Shown here piece after piece: positions 9,469 to 18,771 of a DNA stretch of 34,076 nt; positions within the stretch are counted from its first letter, which is position 1, and the number at the start of each line of letters is the position of its first letter. The DNA is taken from the NCBI GenBank assembly GCA_039799905.1, contig JBDLRP010000007.1:1-34076 (forward strand), in the 5' to 3' direction. Origin of the DNA: Pseudomonadota bacterium (GTDB taxonomy: Bacteria > Bdellovibrionota_B > Oligoflexia > Silvanigrellales > Silvanigrellaceae). The notes beneath the pieces were generated by a model. That model did no database searches, was not told where the DNA came from, and saw nothing but the letters and a program-made list of their open reading frames with translations. A program made the translations under genes and the position numbers.

Positions 9469-10266
9469 TCAGGTTGCACCCTCAGCAGCTTGCCGCGGCT
9501 GAACCCCTCGCCACTCAAACACAATATTGTCGGCGAGCAGCGCTGCTTTTTTGAACTGCTCTTCGGTTCGGACGGTCCAGACCATCAGCGGCATGCGCGC
9601 GCGCACTTCTCGCGAGATCTCTTCGGTCAAATCGTTAATATTGTAGCTAATGAAATCGCAGTCCGGAGCCACTCCGGCACGCAGTTTCGACAGCCCCTCG
9701 GCCACCTCTGGAGTCAAGAAAGCAAAGTCGGGGTCTTTTTTATGATTGCAGGATATGAAACCGACGGGCCATTTGTCGGCGCCCGTGCGGATTCTCATCA
9801 GCTCCGTGACCGAAAACGGATTGAAGCTCTTCAGCGCTACGGGGCCCGCATACGTTGCCAGCAATTCGGCAACCTTCCGCTCCAAGCGGCCATTGGTGTC
9901 GATACCGTGTCGCCCGAACGACTTAAGTTCAATTATCAGAGGTTTTCTTCCTTGAACGTACATCAGGACGTCTGAGAGCGTGGGTATCCGTTCGGTAGTC
10001 CCGCACAGACGAGTCCCTCTGAGTTCGAGCGCGGACGTTTGCGAGAAGTCTTTTGCTACCCCGCACAATCTTTCGAGAGATTCGTCATGAAACACCATGA
10101 CCTCTCCGTCCGATGACAGCATAACGTCGAGCTCGCAGGCAAACCCCCGGTTGACGGCTTCCAATATCGCCCCGAGAGAATTTTCAGGATACTGACCCGC
10201 GTTATCGAAATATCCGCGGTGGGCGATTGGATGCTCTTTGAGAAAATCGACTTTAACGCGACTCAT
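9469..10266 (-). CDS. Glycerophosphodiester phosphodiesterase family protein
   Basis: PIAHRG, PENS, ELDV, VFHD, IIELK, VWTV motifs; ATGA overlap with the upstream pldB. Confidence 0.92.
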   Translation of the reverse strand: MSRVKVDFLKEHPIAHRGYFDNAGQYPENSLGAILEAVNRGFACELDVMLSSDGEVMVFHDESLERLCGVAKDFSQTSALELRGTRLCGTTERIPTLSDVLMYVQGRKPLIIELKSFGRHGIDTNGRLERKVAELLATYAGPVALKSFNPFSVTELMRIRTGADKWPVGFISCNHKKDPDFAFLTPEVAEGLSKLRAGVAPDCDFISYNINDLTEEISREVRARMPLMVWTVRTEEQFKKAALLADNIVFEWRGVQPRQAAEGAT

Positions 10267-11324
10267 GAATCTTCTCCCACGTGCTTCCAGCCTTCAAGAA
10301 ATGCAAGAGTCTGCGCCATCACCCGTTGGCGGATTTCATCGGTCTCCTGCATGATTTCATGCTGAGCCCTTGCTTCGTAGGCAAGAATAAAACTGGACTG
10401 ACTGTTGGGTGCGAACTGAGCAAAGTTTGATTTGACCACCTGATCTTCGCCCGCCTGCCAAATCAGCAGCGGGCAGCCGACAAAACGCGGAAACTGCAAA
10501 TGCGACAATCGCTTCTCGACCCGCAATGCCTCATGCAGCCAGCGAAAACTGGGCGAGCCGAGACGGAGCTGGGGATAGGTTTCGAATAGGTCACGATTCC
10601 ATTCACGGCGCGCAACACAGTTGGTCAGGTCTAGACCATAGTTGTCCAGCTCTATGTCTTTTCCACCAGTGATGTATTCCATTTCGCGTCCGTTGCGGAT
10701 ACCTCGCTCCACCATCATTTCAACAACAATGCGCGGATAGGGTTTGAGAATGAGTTCGACCATCGGCGCCGTAAAAACAGCAGCAGCCGGCTGTATCCGC
10801 GATTGCGACATCCACAACGAGGATATCGTGGCCCCCATGGAATGAGCGATCAAAAACAACGGACCCTTGCGTCTTGGTTCGACAACTTGCGTGTAAAATT
10901 TTGAGAGGTCATTCACATAGGCCTGAAAAGAATCAACCCAGCCGACCTGCGTGTTTTTCAATTCACGCTGCGAAAACCCTTGTCCGCGATGATCATAGCA
11001 GACAACATTGTAGCCGCGGGTAAAAAAGTCGTACGCAATTTCAGCATATTTGGCATGCGATTCATTGCGACCTGAAACAATCATGATTGTCGCAGTCGAT
11101 TCTTCACTGAGCCAGGCGCGCGCACTCAGGCGAACTCCATGCACTCCCTCAAAGTCGCACACTTCGGCGGATTCATAAAACGGCTGAATGTAGACGGCGT
11201 GAAGTTCACGCAATTTCGACTCGCGCCCACGAAAGGGGAGCGGCGCAAAATCAGCGACCGGTGCGGCAGCCTCTCGCGCAGATTTGTTCTTTTTTGCCGG
11301 ACGTCCGGTGTTCTCAGTTGTCAT
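10263..11324 (-). CDS. pldB: Lysophospholipase L2-like alpha/beta hydrolase
   Basis: GRNESHAKYAE, YDHRGQGFS, AHSMG nucleophile, QAGEDQVV, HEIMQETD; matches PldB family motifs. Confidence 0.82.
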   Translation of the reverse strand: MTTENTGRPAKKNKSAREAAAPVADFAPLPFRGRESKLRELHAVYIQPFYESAEVCDFEGVHGVRLSARAWLSEESTATIMIVSGRNESHAKYAEIAYDFFTRGYNVVCYDHRGQGFSQRELKNTQVGWVDSFQAYVNDLSKFYTQVVEPRRKGPLFLIAHSMGATISSLWMSQSRIQPAAAVFTAPMVELILKPYPRIVVEMMVERGIRNGREMEYITGGKDIELDNYGLDLTNCVARREWNRDLFETYPQLRLGSPSFRWLHEALRVEKRLSHLQFPRFVGCPLLIWQAGEDQVVKSNFAQFAPNSQSSFILAYEARAQHEIMQETDEIRQRVMAQTLAFLEGWKHVGEDS

Positions 11325-11341
11325 AGTGTTTGAGCATATAG

Positions 11342-12922
11342 TTAAGGCCCGATAAGTTCAACGTGACTGATTCGCCAACCCCAGTCGCTTACGAATGTGT
11401 CAGTCCTGAACTCAAGCGTGGCTTCGGCACCGAAGATGAACGCAGTTCGAAAATCGCCCAGTTCTCCGCTGAGCTGCTGAACGATGCGACCCGATTGATC
11501 GCGAATGTAGAGAACATCCGTTGATTGTGTGGAGAATTTTTCGAACTTCAGTCTGAAACTCCGCACTCCATCGGGAAGAATCACCCGCATGACGCTCCGA
11601 TGCCCCGCTCTGTAAGGATGTTCACTTTCCAGCTGATAGCTCAACCGACGAAGTTCATGCTCGGGCGGTGCATCCAGCCTGATACCGGAATGCCCAGACA
11701 ATGCATTTCGGTAGTTGAGCCTGACGCCGTTTTTGCTGAACCCGACTAATCCCTGAAGCTGGTCGCCAGCATCTACAATACGTTTTTTAATCTCAGCAGC
11801 TGTAAAACTTGGGAATCTGAAGCGTAGCTCGGCTGCCACTGCAGCAACCAACGGACAAGCCTGACTGGTACCCGACCGCGTGGCGTATGCCGAGCGCAAG
11901 GATGTCGAAACAATCGACTCTCCCGGCGCAAAAATATCAACCTCAGGTCCGAAGTTCGTGAACAAAGATGCAAGATCAGTGTTGCCGCTGGCAGAGACTG
12001 AAATCAGGTTCGGCAAGCGATACGATGCAGGAAAACTCGGCTCGTTCTGAAGATTCTTTCGGAAATTTCCAGTTGCGGACACGACCAACACATCATGCTC
12101 GAGCGCGTAGCGAAGAGCCGAGAGCAGATGGTCCGAGTGTGTCGGCGTTCCAAAACTTGCCGAAATAACCTTTGCACCGTTGTCAACCGCATAGCGGATG
12201 GCATCAGCAATCTTTTCAACCGGAACGGACGGACGTTTTCCCGAAAAGATTTGCAGAGGAAGAAGATTGAATCCGCTCCATGGGACGGCTATGCCCAGTT
12301 CATTGTCGCGCTTTGCGATCAGCAGTCCGGCAAGATGCGTACCGTGTCCGAGTGAGTCTGCCTGAAACGGTGAATCATCAGCAAAACTCCATCCCGAAAC
12401 GTCGTCGATAAAGCCGTTACCATCGTCATCTAGCCCGTTCTTAGCTTTATCACGTCCCGAGGAATCCAAACCAAGCTCACCTGAATTCACGTGCAATCGA
12501 TCGAGGTCGATATCCGGATGAGCGACATCGAATCCGGAATCTATCAAGGCCAGCAGCACCCGATCTCCGGTCACGTGATTGGGCCATGGGGAGGGAATTG
12601 CAATATCCGCACCAATCGTTCCCGACCCGGAAGGAGGAACCTCCTGACCAAGGTTGCGAAAATACCATTGCAGCGGATAGAGCGGATCGTTTACGATGAC
12701 AGCCGCCGGCTCGGATTCGCCAAATATCTTCTCGTAACTTGAAACACTTTCGGGAGCAGATATGAACAACGCTTGGCTCGCGGGCTGGTAACCCGCTTGA
12801 TGTAACCGGAGCGGCACGGAAGTTGTAAAATCGCCGCTGCACCCGACTGTAACAAGCGCGGTCAAAATAACATTGAACGGTGAATAAACAGGGCGCGGCA
12901 GCTGCAGGAAGGCCACGCGCAT
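11342..12922 (-). CDS. S8 (subtilisin-like) serine peptidase with a C-terminal CUB-like domain, probable lipoprotein
   Basis: ALIDSG, DDDGNGFIDD Ca loop, GHGTHLAG, SGTSQACP; C-terminal ESEHPY...FRTD..VSDWGW resembles CUB-like domains. Confidence 0.9.
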   Translation of the reverse strand: MRVAFLQLPRPVYSPFNVILTALVTVGCSGDFTTSVPLRLHQAGYQPASQALFISAPESVSSYEKIFGESEPAAVIVNDPLYPLQWYFRNLGQEVPPSGSGTIGADIAIPSPWPNHVTGDRVLLALIDSGFDVAHPDIDLDRLHVNSGELGLDSSGRDKAKNGLDDDGNGFIDDVSGWSFADDSPFQADSLGHGTHLAGLLIAKRDNELGIAVPWSGFNLLPLQIFSGKRPSVPVEKIADAIRYAVDNGAKVISASFGTPTHSDHLLSALRYALEHDVLVVSATGNFRKNLQNEPSFPASYRLPNLISVSASGNTDLASLFTNFGPEVDIFAPGESIVSTSLRSAYATRSGTSQACPLVAAVAAELRFRFPSFTAAEIKKRIVDAGDQLQGLVGFSKNGVRLNYRNALSGHSGIRLDAPPEHELRRLSYQLESEHPYRAGHRSVMRVILPDGVRSFRLKFEKFSTQSTDVLYIRDQSGRIVQQLSGELGDFRTAFIFGAEATLEFRTDTFVSDWGWRISHVELIGP

Positions 12923-14185
12923 TCAGCGGGGACAACTCGCGGCAGACTGACGGCCCACACAGCCAGTAATCAGATTTGAAATATTTTCGCGTTTCGCAGT
13001 GCAGTCAGCCATCACCTGAAATGCACGGCCGCGCAGAGTGGACTCGGTCGAAATTGCAACCGAAACAACACCCGAGTCGCCAGCGTAGGGAACCCACAGC
13101 GTACCTGCGGCTGCATGCGCAAGACCCGCAGCCAATCCTTGAACCGGACTGTGAAACGAAAGCTTTGCTTTGATTTCTTCGGCAGTGAATTCGAACGCGG
13201 GGCTCAGGTAACTGACAGGACTTGGCGCACTGCCAGCAAAAAAAGCTGGAGCTGAGTCAATCGACACACTGCTAAAGGCAATCGATTTCTTTTGCTGCGG
13301 GTCATTCAGACTCGCAGCAAAACCAAGAATGTATTGCTTATTGGCTGCCAGTGCTGTGCCATTGGACTCGGCCTTGCGCCAGATGACGTCAACAGCTCCA
13401 GCTGAACCACAATCATAGATTCGCTCGTGACGGAATTGAACATCGTAACCTGCCGGACGGCCCGGAGGACGAAGGTCTGCAAACCCTGCAGGTAAAACGG
13501 GTGATGGTGTAGGCTTTGCGGCGCCACCGACAACGGGGCCCCGATCGCCTTTGAACCCGTGTTCGCCATTGGAGACAAGATAAGTTCTCATGCGTTCTCG
13601 GACGGCATCGGAAATCGGCTGACAATTGAATTCAAGAGATTTTCCATCCGGCAGAACAATAAAGTAACGACTTGCGAACGCGCCGGCTTCCTTGTTCTTG
13701 GGCAGGAGCAACGTTGCTCCGGTGACGTCCGAAAGAACGGCGTCTTTGCCATTGATCTTTTGAAATCCCCAACCGGATTTCAGCTCGGAGTCGGGATACT
13801 GGAGAGACAACCCGAGGTATTTTTCAACGGGAAAAGAACCGGCCGGCTTGACTTCGGGAACCCGATATCGAGGTTCGTCGATTGTAGACACACTGCGGAA
13901 TTCAACCTTCTGTCCATCGAGACTCTGTGCCGTGGCAGCAAAACCGAGTATGTAAGGAGTTACTGCCTCGCCATTCTCCTTTCTCAAACGCCATACGAAA
14001 TCAAATCCACCGGATTCGTTGCCTTTGGAATCCTTGCACGTGGAAAAGCGTGTGACTTCAAACTGCTGTGTGAAGGCCGCGTCGCCCGTCGACTGAATTC
14101 CCGCATTGAACGTTCGCGGCTTGCACGCCGTGGCCATAAAAGCCGCCAAAACAATCAATCCGCCTGCCTTCATGTTTTTCACCAT
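12923..14185 (-). CDS. Hypothetical lipoprotein with two tandem copies of an unknown domain
   Basis: Lipobox ATAC; repeated C...D(F/V)(V/I)WR...YILGFAA...F.SVS blocks separated by a Pro-rich linker; GGGAG RBS; its stop abuts the S8 start. Confidence 0.75.
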   Translation of the reverse strand: MVKNMKAGGLIVLAAFMATACKPRTFNAGIQSTGDAAFTQQFEVTRFSTCKDSKGNESGGFDFVWRLRKENGEAVTPYILGFAATAQSLDGQKVEFRSVSTIDEPRYRVPEVKPAGSFPVEKYLGLSLQYPDSELKSGWGFQKINGKDAVLSDVTGATLLLPKNKEAGAFASRYFIVLPDGKSLEFNCQPISDAVRERMRTYLVSNGEHGFKGDRGPVVGGAAKPTPSPVLPAGFADLRPPGRPAGYDVQFRHERIYDCGSAGAVDVIWRKAESNGTALAANKQYILGFAASLNDPQQKKSIAFSSVSIDSAPAFFAGSAPSPVSYLSPAFEFTAEEIKAKLSFHSPVQGLAAGLAHAAAGTLWVPYAGDSGVVSVAISTESTLRGRAFQVMADCTAKRENISNLITGCVGRQSAASCPR

Positions 14186-14415
14186 GACACTCCCGTCAAA
14201 GTCGTATGTGAATCTTCTTCATAGCCATGCCTGCCTACTCTACGGCCTGAACAGATGAATCACGAGCTGGACGCGGCGTGTGCCAAAAATTTGAACCACT
14301 GCCACCTCTTAACGGCAAAGAGAACAATTTGACGTCAACATACTCGCACGCTAGTCCTATCATCCGTTGACATCCATTGCGGTACTGATTTGATCCGGCG
14401 CGAGGAGACCAAATT

Positions 14416-15024
14416 ATGAAGGTTGGCATTATATCCGGGAGTCACAGGCAAAAGTCACAGTCGGCCCGCGTCGGACGGTGGATTGAAAAACGTTTGTCAC
14501 AGATGGGAATCACCCAGCGGACGAGCTTTTTGGAACTGGCCACCGCCAACATCCCGATGTGGGATGAGGGAACTTGGGAAGGCGAGGAGCGCTGGAAAAA
14601 GATCTGGGGTGGATATTCTCAGGACCTGACCACCTGCGACGCTTTTATTATCATCGCCCCTGAATACGGCGGCATGGTGCCACCGGCTTTGAAAAATCTT
14701 TTTCTGCTGACAAGCAATCAAGAACTCGCGCACAAACCTGCTTTGATAGTTGCCATATCCGCGGGTCGCTCTGGAACGTATCCAGTCGCGGAACTTCGCA
14801 TGAGCAGCTACAAGAACACCCGTATTTGCTACCTGCCCGACCACATGATTTTGCGTGAAGTTGAAAAACTCTTTGTGGCCGACGAACCGGCCGACAAATT
14901 TGAAGCTGACACGCGTGCGCGTCTTGAATATTTTCTGAAAGTGCTCGCGGAATACTCCAAGGCACTTGCGAATGTGCGTTCGAGCGGTGTCATCGACTGC
15001 AAAACTTTTCCCAACGGACTGTGA
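14416..15024 (+). CDS. NADPH-dependent FMN reductase (flavodoxin-like)
   Basis: IISGSHR..SQS, PEYGG..PPALKN, SAGRSG motifs; AGGAG RBS. Confidence 0.9.
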   Translation: MKVGIISGSHRQKSQSARVGRWIEKRLSQMGITQRTSFLELATANIPMWDEGTWEGEERWKKIWGGYSQDLTTCDAFIIIAPEYGGMVPPALKNLFLLTSNQELAHKPALIVAISAGRSGTYPVAELRMSSYKNTRICYLPDHMILREVEKLFVADEPADKFEADTRARLEYFLKVLAEYSKALANVRSSGVIDCKTFPNGL

Positions 15025-15040
15025 TATGGAGATCCAGCAA

Positions 15041-15685
15041 ATGAACATGCAAGAAATCATTTCAGGTGCACTTGATTGGCGCTACGCGGTCAAGAAATTT
15101 GATTCTCAGCGCAAAATTCCCGCGCGTGACTGGGCGTTGCTCAAAGATTCTCTCCGTCTGTGTCCCTCCTCCTACGGTTTGCAGCCGTGGAAATTCATCG
15201 TGGTTGAAAACCCTGATCTCAGACACAAGCTCCGCACTGTGTCTTGGAATCAATCACAGGTCACCGATTGTTCGCACTACGTGGTTCTCACCTACCGCGA
15301 AAAACTCGATGCAGAATTTGTGCGCAAAAACATGGAAAAGATTTCGCAGGTCCGCGACGTGCCGCTGGATTCACTCGCCGGATTTGAAAAAGCGATTGCA
15401 GGTGACCTCATCCACGGGCCGCGCTCTGTGACCATAGAAGGCTGGGCGCAGCGACAGGTCTACATTGCAATGGGCTTTCTTCTCGAGTCTGCCGCTCTTT
15501 TGCAGATAGACTCCACTCCCATGGAAGGTCTCGATCCGGCCGCCTACGATAAGCTGTTGAGTATCGAAGGCAGCGGCTGGAAGACAGTTGCTGCTGTGGC
15601 TCTTGGCTATCGTCACCCCGAAGATCCCTTTCTCAAGAACAAAAAAGTCCGCTTCGACGAGGCGGAGGTTTTCGTCACAAAATAA
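15041..15685 (+). CDS. Oxygen-insensitive NAD(P)H nitroreductase (NfsB-like)
   Basis: WRYAVKKFD, PSSYGLQPWKF, DSTPMEG, ALGYR, KKVR motifs; GGAG before ATG 15041 (alternative start 15026). Confidence 0.9.
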   Translation: MNMQEIISGALDWRYAVKKFDSQRKIPARDWALLKDSLRLCPSSYGLQPWKFIVVENPDLRHKLRTVSWNQSQVTDCSHYVVLTYREKLDAEFVRKNMEKISQVRDVPLDSLAGFEKAIAGDLIHGPRSVTIEGWAQRQVYIAMGFLLESAALLQIDSTPMEGLDPAAYDKLLSIEGSGWKTVAAVALGYRHPEDPFLKNKKVRFDEAEVFVTK

Positions 15686-15796
15686 GCCCTACAATTATTT
15701 AGACTTGTGATTCCGGATATCTGAATCAAGATAGTTTGCCAGTGCCAAGGAAATGTGTCAGGACGGCTCCCTGTTTGAACCATGGGGAGCCGTCCG

Positions 15797-17020
15797 ATGT
15801 CTGATAAAAAATCTCTCGTTCTCTTGGGCTTTTTTCTTTCCTCCATGTCATCCATGAATGCGTCTGCCAATGCTGTGGCTCCGGCTGTTAACCAGTTTGC
15901 AGACCTTCTCACCGGGCTTTTCGACAGCTCCGCGCAGGCCATCGACGATTCCGAGTACCTCGACGTCACTGTCCGCCATTGCAGCGTCATGGTCACCAAT
16001 CTTCCGACTGATAAAAATAATGGACGATTTCTGGCATTGCGCCAGTCCGTCAGCACAGATTCAAAACCATACCGGGTGCGCATTCTGCGAGTTTTCGCGG
16101 GCGCTTCAGAAGATTCCGTCAGAGTGTCCAGCTATGCTTTGAACGACAACTCCGACATTTCTGAACTTTGCTTCAAACCCGAAGCAGAGCGCATCATCAG
16201 TTTTTCACAGCTTGCAGAAGAGAAATGCACGACTGAATCGCGCCTGAAAAACGGCACCTTCGTGGGCGGCACACTTGGCGACGGATGCCCGAGCATCCGC
16301 GCAGGGGCTGTGCGGATGACGAGCGAACTCACTCTCGATGCCCAAGGTATGACGACTTGGGACCGCGGCTGGACCGCACAAGGGCAACTGGCGTGGGGAC
16401 CAGAGAAAGGCCCCTATAAATTCGAACGCGTCAATAAACAGGATGTTCGACTCGCTCAGCTGGCGGCGTTTTTCTCAGGCCGCTTTTCGAACGCAGAACA
16501 AGTGGCAGCAGATCCAAAAAACTTCATTCCGGTGTCGTATCAGTTCTGTCAGGTCGATACTGCGCAGAATCCGCAGCGTCCTGCAACACGCCTCATGCTT
16601 GCACAGCAAACTGTCAGCACGCCGGCGCGAACAATTCAGCGCAACCGCATGTATGAATTTTTCCGCTCTGAACAGGGAAAGATTTCCATCCGCACCAACC
16701 CATTCGATGAAAGCAAAGTGCCAGTTGATATTTGTCAGCGTCCACTGAATGAAAGAAGGGCGCTTGCCGACGAAGCACTGGCACAACGCGACTCTTGCGT
16801 GTTGAACTTCGACTGGAATGAAGCAGAGCAATCCTTCGTCGGTGGAACTCCTGCAGAAGGTTGCCCAAGCAACTTCCAAGGATCCGTCAAACTGACCATT
16901 GAAGAAACCATCAAGGACGGTGTTATTGCGCCTTGGGAGCGTTGGTTCAACGCGGCGGGAGAACAGGTTGCCGGCGCCAAGGCCGGCCCCTATATCTACA
17001 AAAGAATCATCGGCCAGTGA
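15797..17020 (+). CDS. Secreted protein with two tandem CpcT/CpeT-like (T-type bilin lyase fold) domains
   Basis: Each half shows G.F.(S/N)..Q, (PY)R.R, F.GGT...GCPS...G, W(D/E)R.(W/F)...G..(W/A)G...GPY.(F/Y).R; signal-like N-terminus; start could be 15782. Confidence 0.75.
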   Translation: MSDKKSLVLLGFFLSSMSSMNASANAVAPAVNQFADLLTGLFDSSAQAIDDSEYLDVTVRHCSVMVTNLPTDKNNGRFLALRQSVSTDSKPYRVRILRVFAGASEDSVRVSSYALNDNSDISELCFKPEAERIISFSQLAEEKCTTESRLKNGTFVGGTLGDGCPSIRAGAVRMTSELTLDAQGMTTWDRGWTAQGQLAWGPEKGPYKFERVNKQDVRLAQLAAFFSGRFSNAEQVAADPKNFIPVSYQFCQVDTAQNPQRPATRLMLAQQTVSTPARTIQRNRMYEFFRSEQGKISIRTNPFDESKVPVDICQRPLNERRALADEALAQRDSCVLNFDWNEAEQSFVGGTPAEGCPSNFQGSVKLTIEETIKDGVIAPWERWFNAAGEQVAGAKAGPYIYKRIIGQ

Positions 17021-17639
17021 AAAACGACGCGCCGTGTGAGTCGCGGCCGTTGCTCACGCGACAACGGAACATTTCGTCCATCTTGATCGCATAGTCGCGC
17101 GGATCAAGATAGTTGACTTTGACGAGAACTTCGTTGTCTTCATAAACGCGCACACTGCCATAATTCAACACAAAGCCGCGGATCGAGATGAGCTTCGTTT
17201 CGGAAGCGGCAACATACTCACGCTTGTCGGCGCGCTTGCCGGTGATCCCGATACCGAACTGCTCCCACGTTTCCAGCTTCATTCCACCAATGGCATCCAT
17301 ACTTTCTTTCGCGCTGCCGTAGCAGCTCATTGGCTTGACGGAACTCGAGAGCTTGCAGGCCGTATCAGATGTTTGTTCATCGGGCTGCGTGACATTTCCC
17401 TCGACAAACTCCTTGAGAAACAAAAACTCACACTTTTTATACTCGAGCACCGCACGGACTGATTTTCCGCTGGAGAGTGCCCGCATCAATTCCGGATAAC
17501 TGGTGATTCTTTTTTCCATGCCAGCAACAATGGCATCGGTGACGGGCTTCCAGGGATTCAACGCGGATGCCACAGCGTGTGATGAGACGGCGGCAGAAAA
17601 ACCTGCCATCAGCAGGCTGGCCGGGAGAATTTTTATCAT
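17007..17639 (-). CDS. VirK-like secreted protein
   Basis: Signal peptide; SYPELMRALSSGKSVRAVLEYKKC, IGG, YLDPRDY...FRC resemble the VirK family as I recall it. Confidence 0.6.
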   Translation of the reverse strand: MIKILPASLLMAGFSAAVSSHAVASALNPWKPVTDAIVAGMEKRITSYPELMRALSSGKSVRAVLEYKKCEFLFLKEFVEGNVTQPDEQTSDTACKLSSSVKPMSCYGSAKESMDAIGGMKLETWEQFGIGITGKRADKREYVAASETKLISIRGFVLNYGSVRVYEDNEVLVKVNYLDPRDYAIKMDEMFRCRVSNGRDSHGASFFTGR

Positions 17640-17817
17640 TGGGAATTCCTCTCTCTCTTTCGTCAGGCCAATGATTGAGGAATTGGCCGCGAACGGCTCT
17701 AACAAGCTTCGTCACGTGCGACAACCAGAAGCACACAATGTCGAATCCATAGACAGCATCAATCTATTTTTACCCAATATTGTTGGATATTTAGTGCAAA
17801 AATTCTGCAGAAATTTA

Positions 17818-17833
17818 TGGCATGAACTTTGCA
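17818..17833 (+). promoter_or_regulatory. sigma54 (-24/-12) promoter
   Basis: TGGCATGAACTTTGCA with exact GG-N10-GC spacing, about 50 nt upstream of the M48 start. Confidence 0.7.
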
Positions 17834-17883
17834 CACCGCCCGGAACGCGAACTTGTGGCGCGCCTACCGAGGGAGAATTTCGT

Positions 17884-18744
17884 ATGCATATTGTCAACCA
17901 AGGCCTGCTCTTATTGTCGATGTCACTGCTCGGAGTTGCCTGCGGAGCGCAGATGAGACAACCCGAGGCCACTCCTCAAGAGTGGGGTACCTCCGTGCGC
18001 GCCGGTCAGGCCGAGGCCGAAAAATTGCGCAACCTTACGGTCGAAGAAGAGTATCAATACGGTGCGGAATTCGATGCAGCGATCAAGGATCCCGCTCGCG
18101 CGAAAGAAACTGGTGTCACAATCAAAACTCTGATCAACCATCCGGCCTCTGCTTACGTGAACAGCATTGGATGGCGACTGGCTGCTGCTTCGGACCGGCC
18201 GGATATGTTGTTTAAATTTCAGGTAGTCGAAGACGACTCGGTGAACGCCTTCGCAACCATGGGCGGCTATGTCTATATGCACACCGGACTCCTCAAGGCA
18301 GCCGAAAACGAGGCTCAGGTCGCCGGTGTCATGGCACACGAAATCGCGCACATCACACGCAAGCATGCCCTCCAGTCGATGGCCAACCAAGCAGTGTTCG
18401 GTGGCTGGATAAAGGGAGTTGGCGGTTTGGGCGGACTTGTCATTGGACTTGGTTCGCAGGTGCTGTTTCAGCTCCCTGGCAGCCGCGCGTTCGAATTCGA
18501 AGCAGATTCCACCGGTCTCGAATCGATGCAGCGTTCGGGCTACGCTTCTCAGGAAATGGTCCGATTTTTCCAGAACGTTCTTGGCAAGGGAGAGCCCGCC
18601 GACGGCAAACGCCGTGATTGGCTCTCAACCCACCCCGACACGGCACGTAGAGTCAATGCGCTGCAGCAACGACTCACTCCAGGTGACGCTCGTGGTTTTG
18701 GGCTGGATGCAAACGCGCACGCGCGCATTGTGAATTCGCTGTGA
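17884..18744 (+). CDS. M48 family zinc metallopeptidase lipoprotein (BepA/LoiP-like)
   Basis: Lipobox GVAC; VNAFATMGG, AHEIAH (HExxH), EFEAD, LSTHP; GGGAG RBS places the start at 17884, not 17503. Confidence 0.92.
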   Translation: MHIVNQGLLLLSMSLLGVACGAQMRQPEATPQEWGTSVRAGQAEAEKLRNLTVEEEYQYGAEFDAAIKDPARAKETGVTIKTLINHPASAYVNSIGWRLAAASDRPDMLFKFQVVEDDSVNAFATMGGYVYMHTGLLKAAENEAQVAGVMAHEIAHITRKHALQSMANQAVFGGWIKGVGGLGGLVIGLGSQVLFQLPGSRAFEFEADSTGLESMQRSGYASQEMVRFFQNVLGKGEPADGKRRDWLSTHPDTARRVNALQQRLTPGDARGFGLDANAHARIVNSL

Positions 18745-18771
18745 GCTCTGCGGCCTGAAAAGGAGAAACCC

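Noticed and set aside
17503..17883. 127-aa N-terminal extension of the M48 ORF
   Set aside because: It overlaps the opposite-strand VirK-like gene; the sigma54 site, RBS and lipobox all point to ATG 17884
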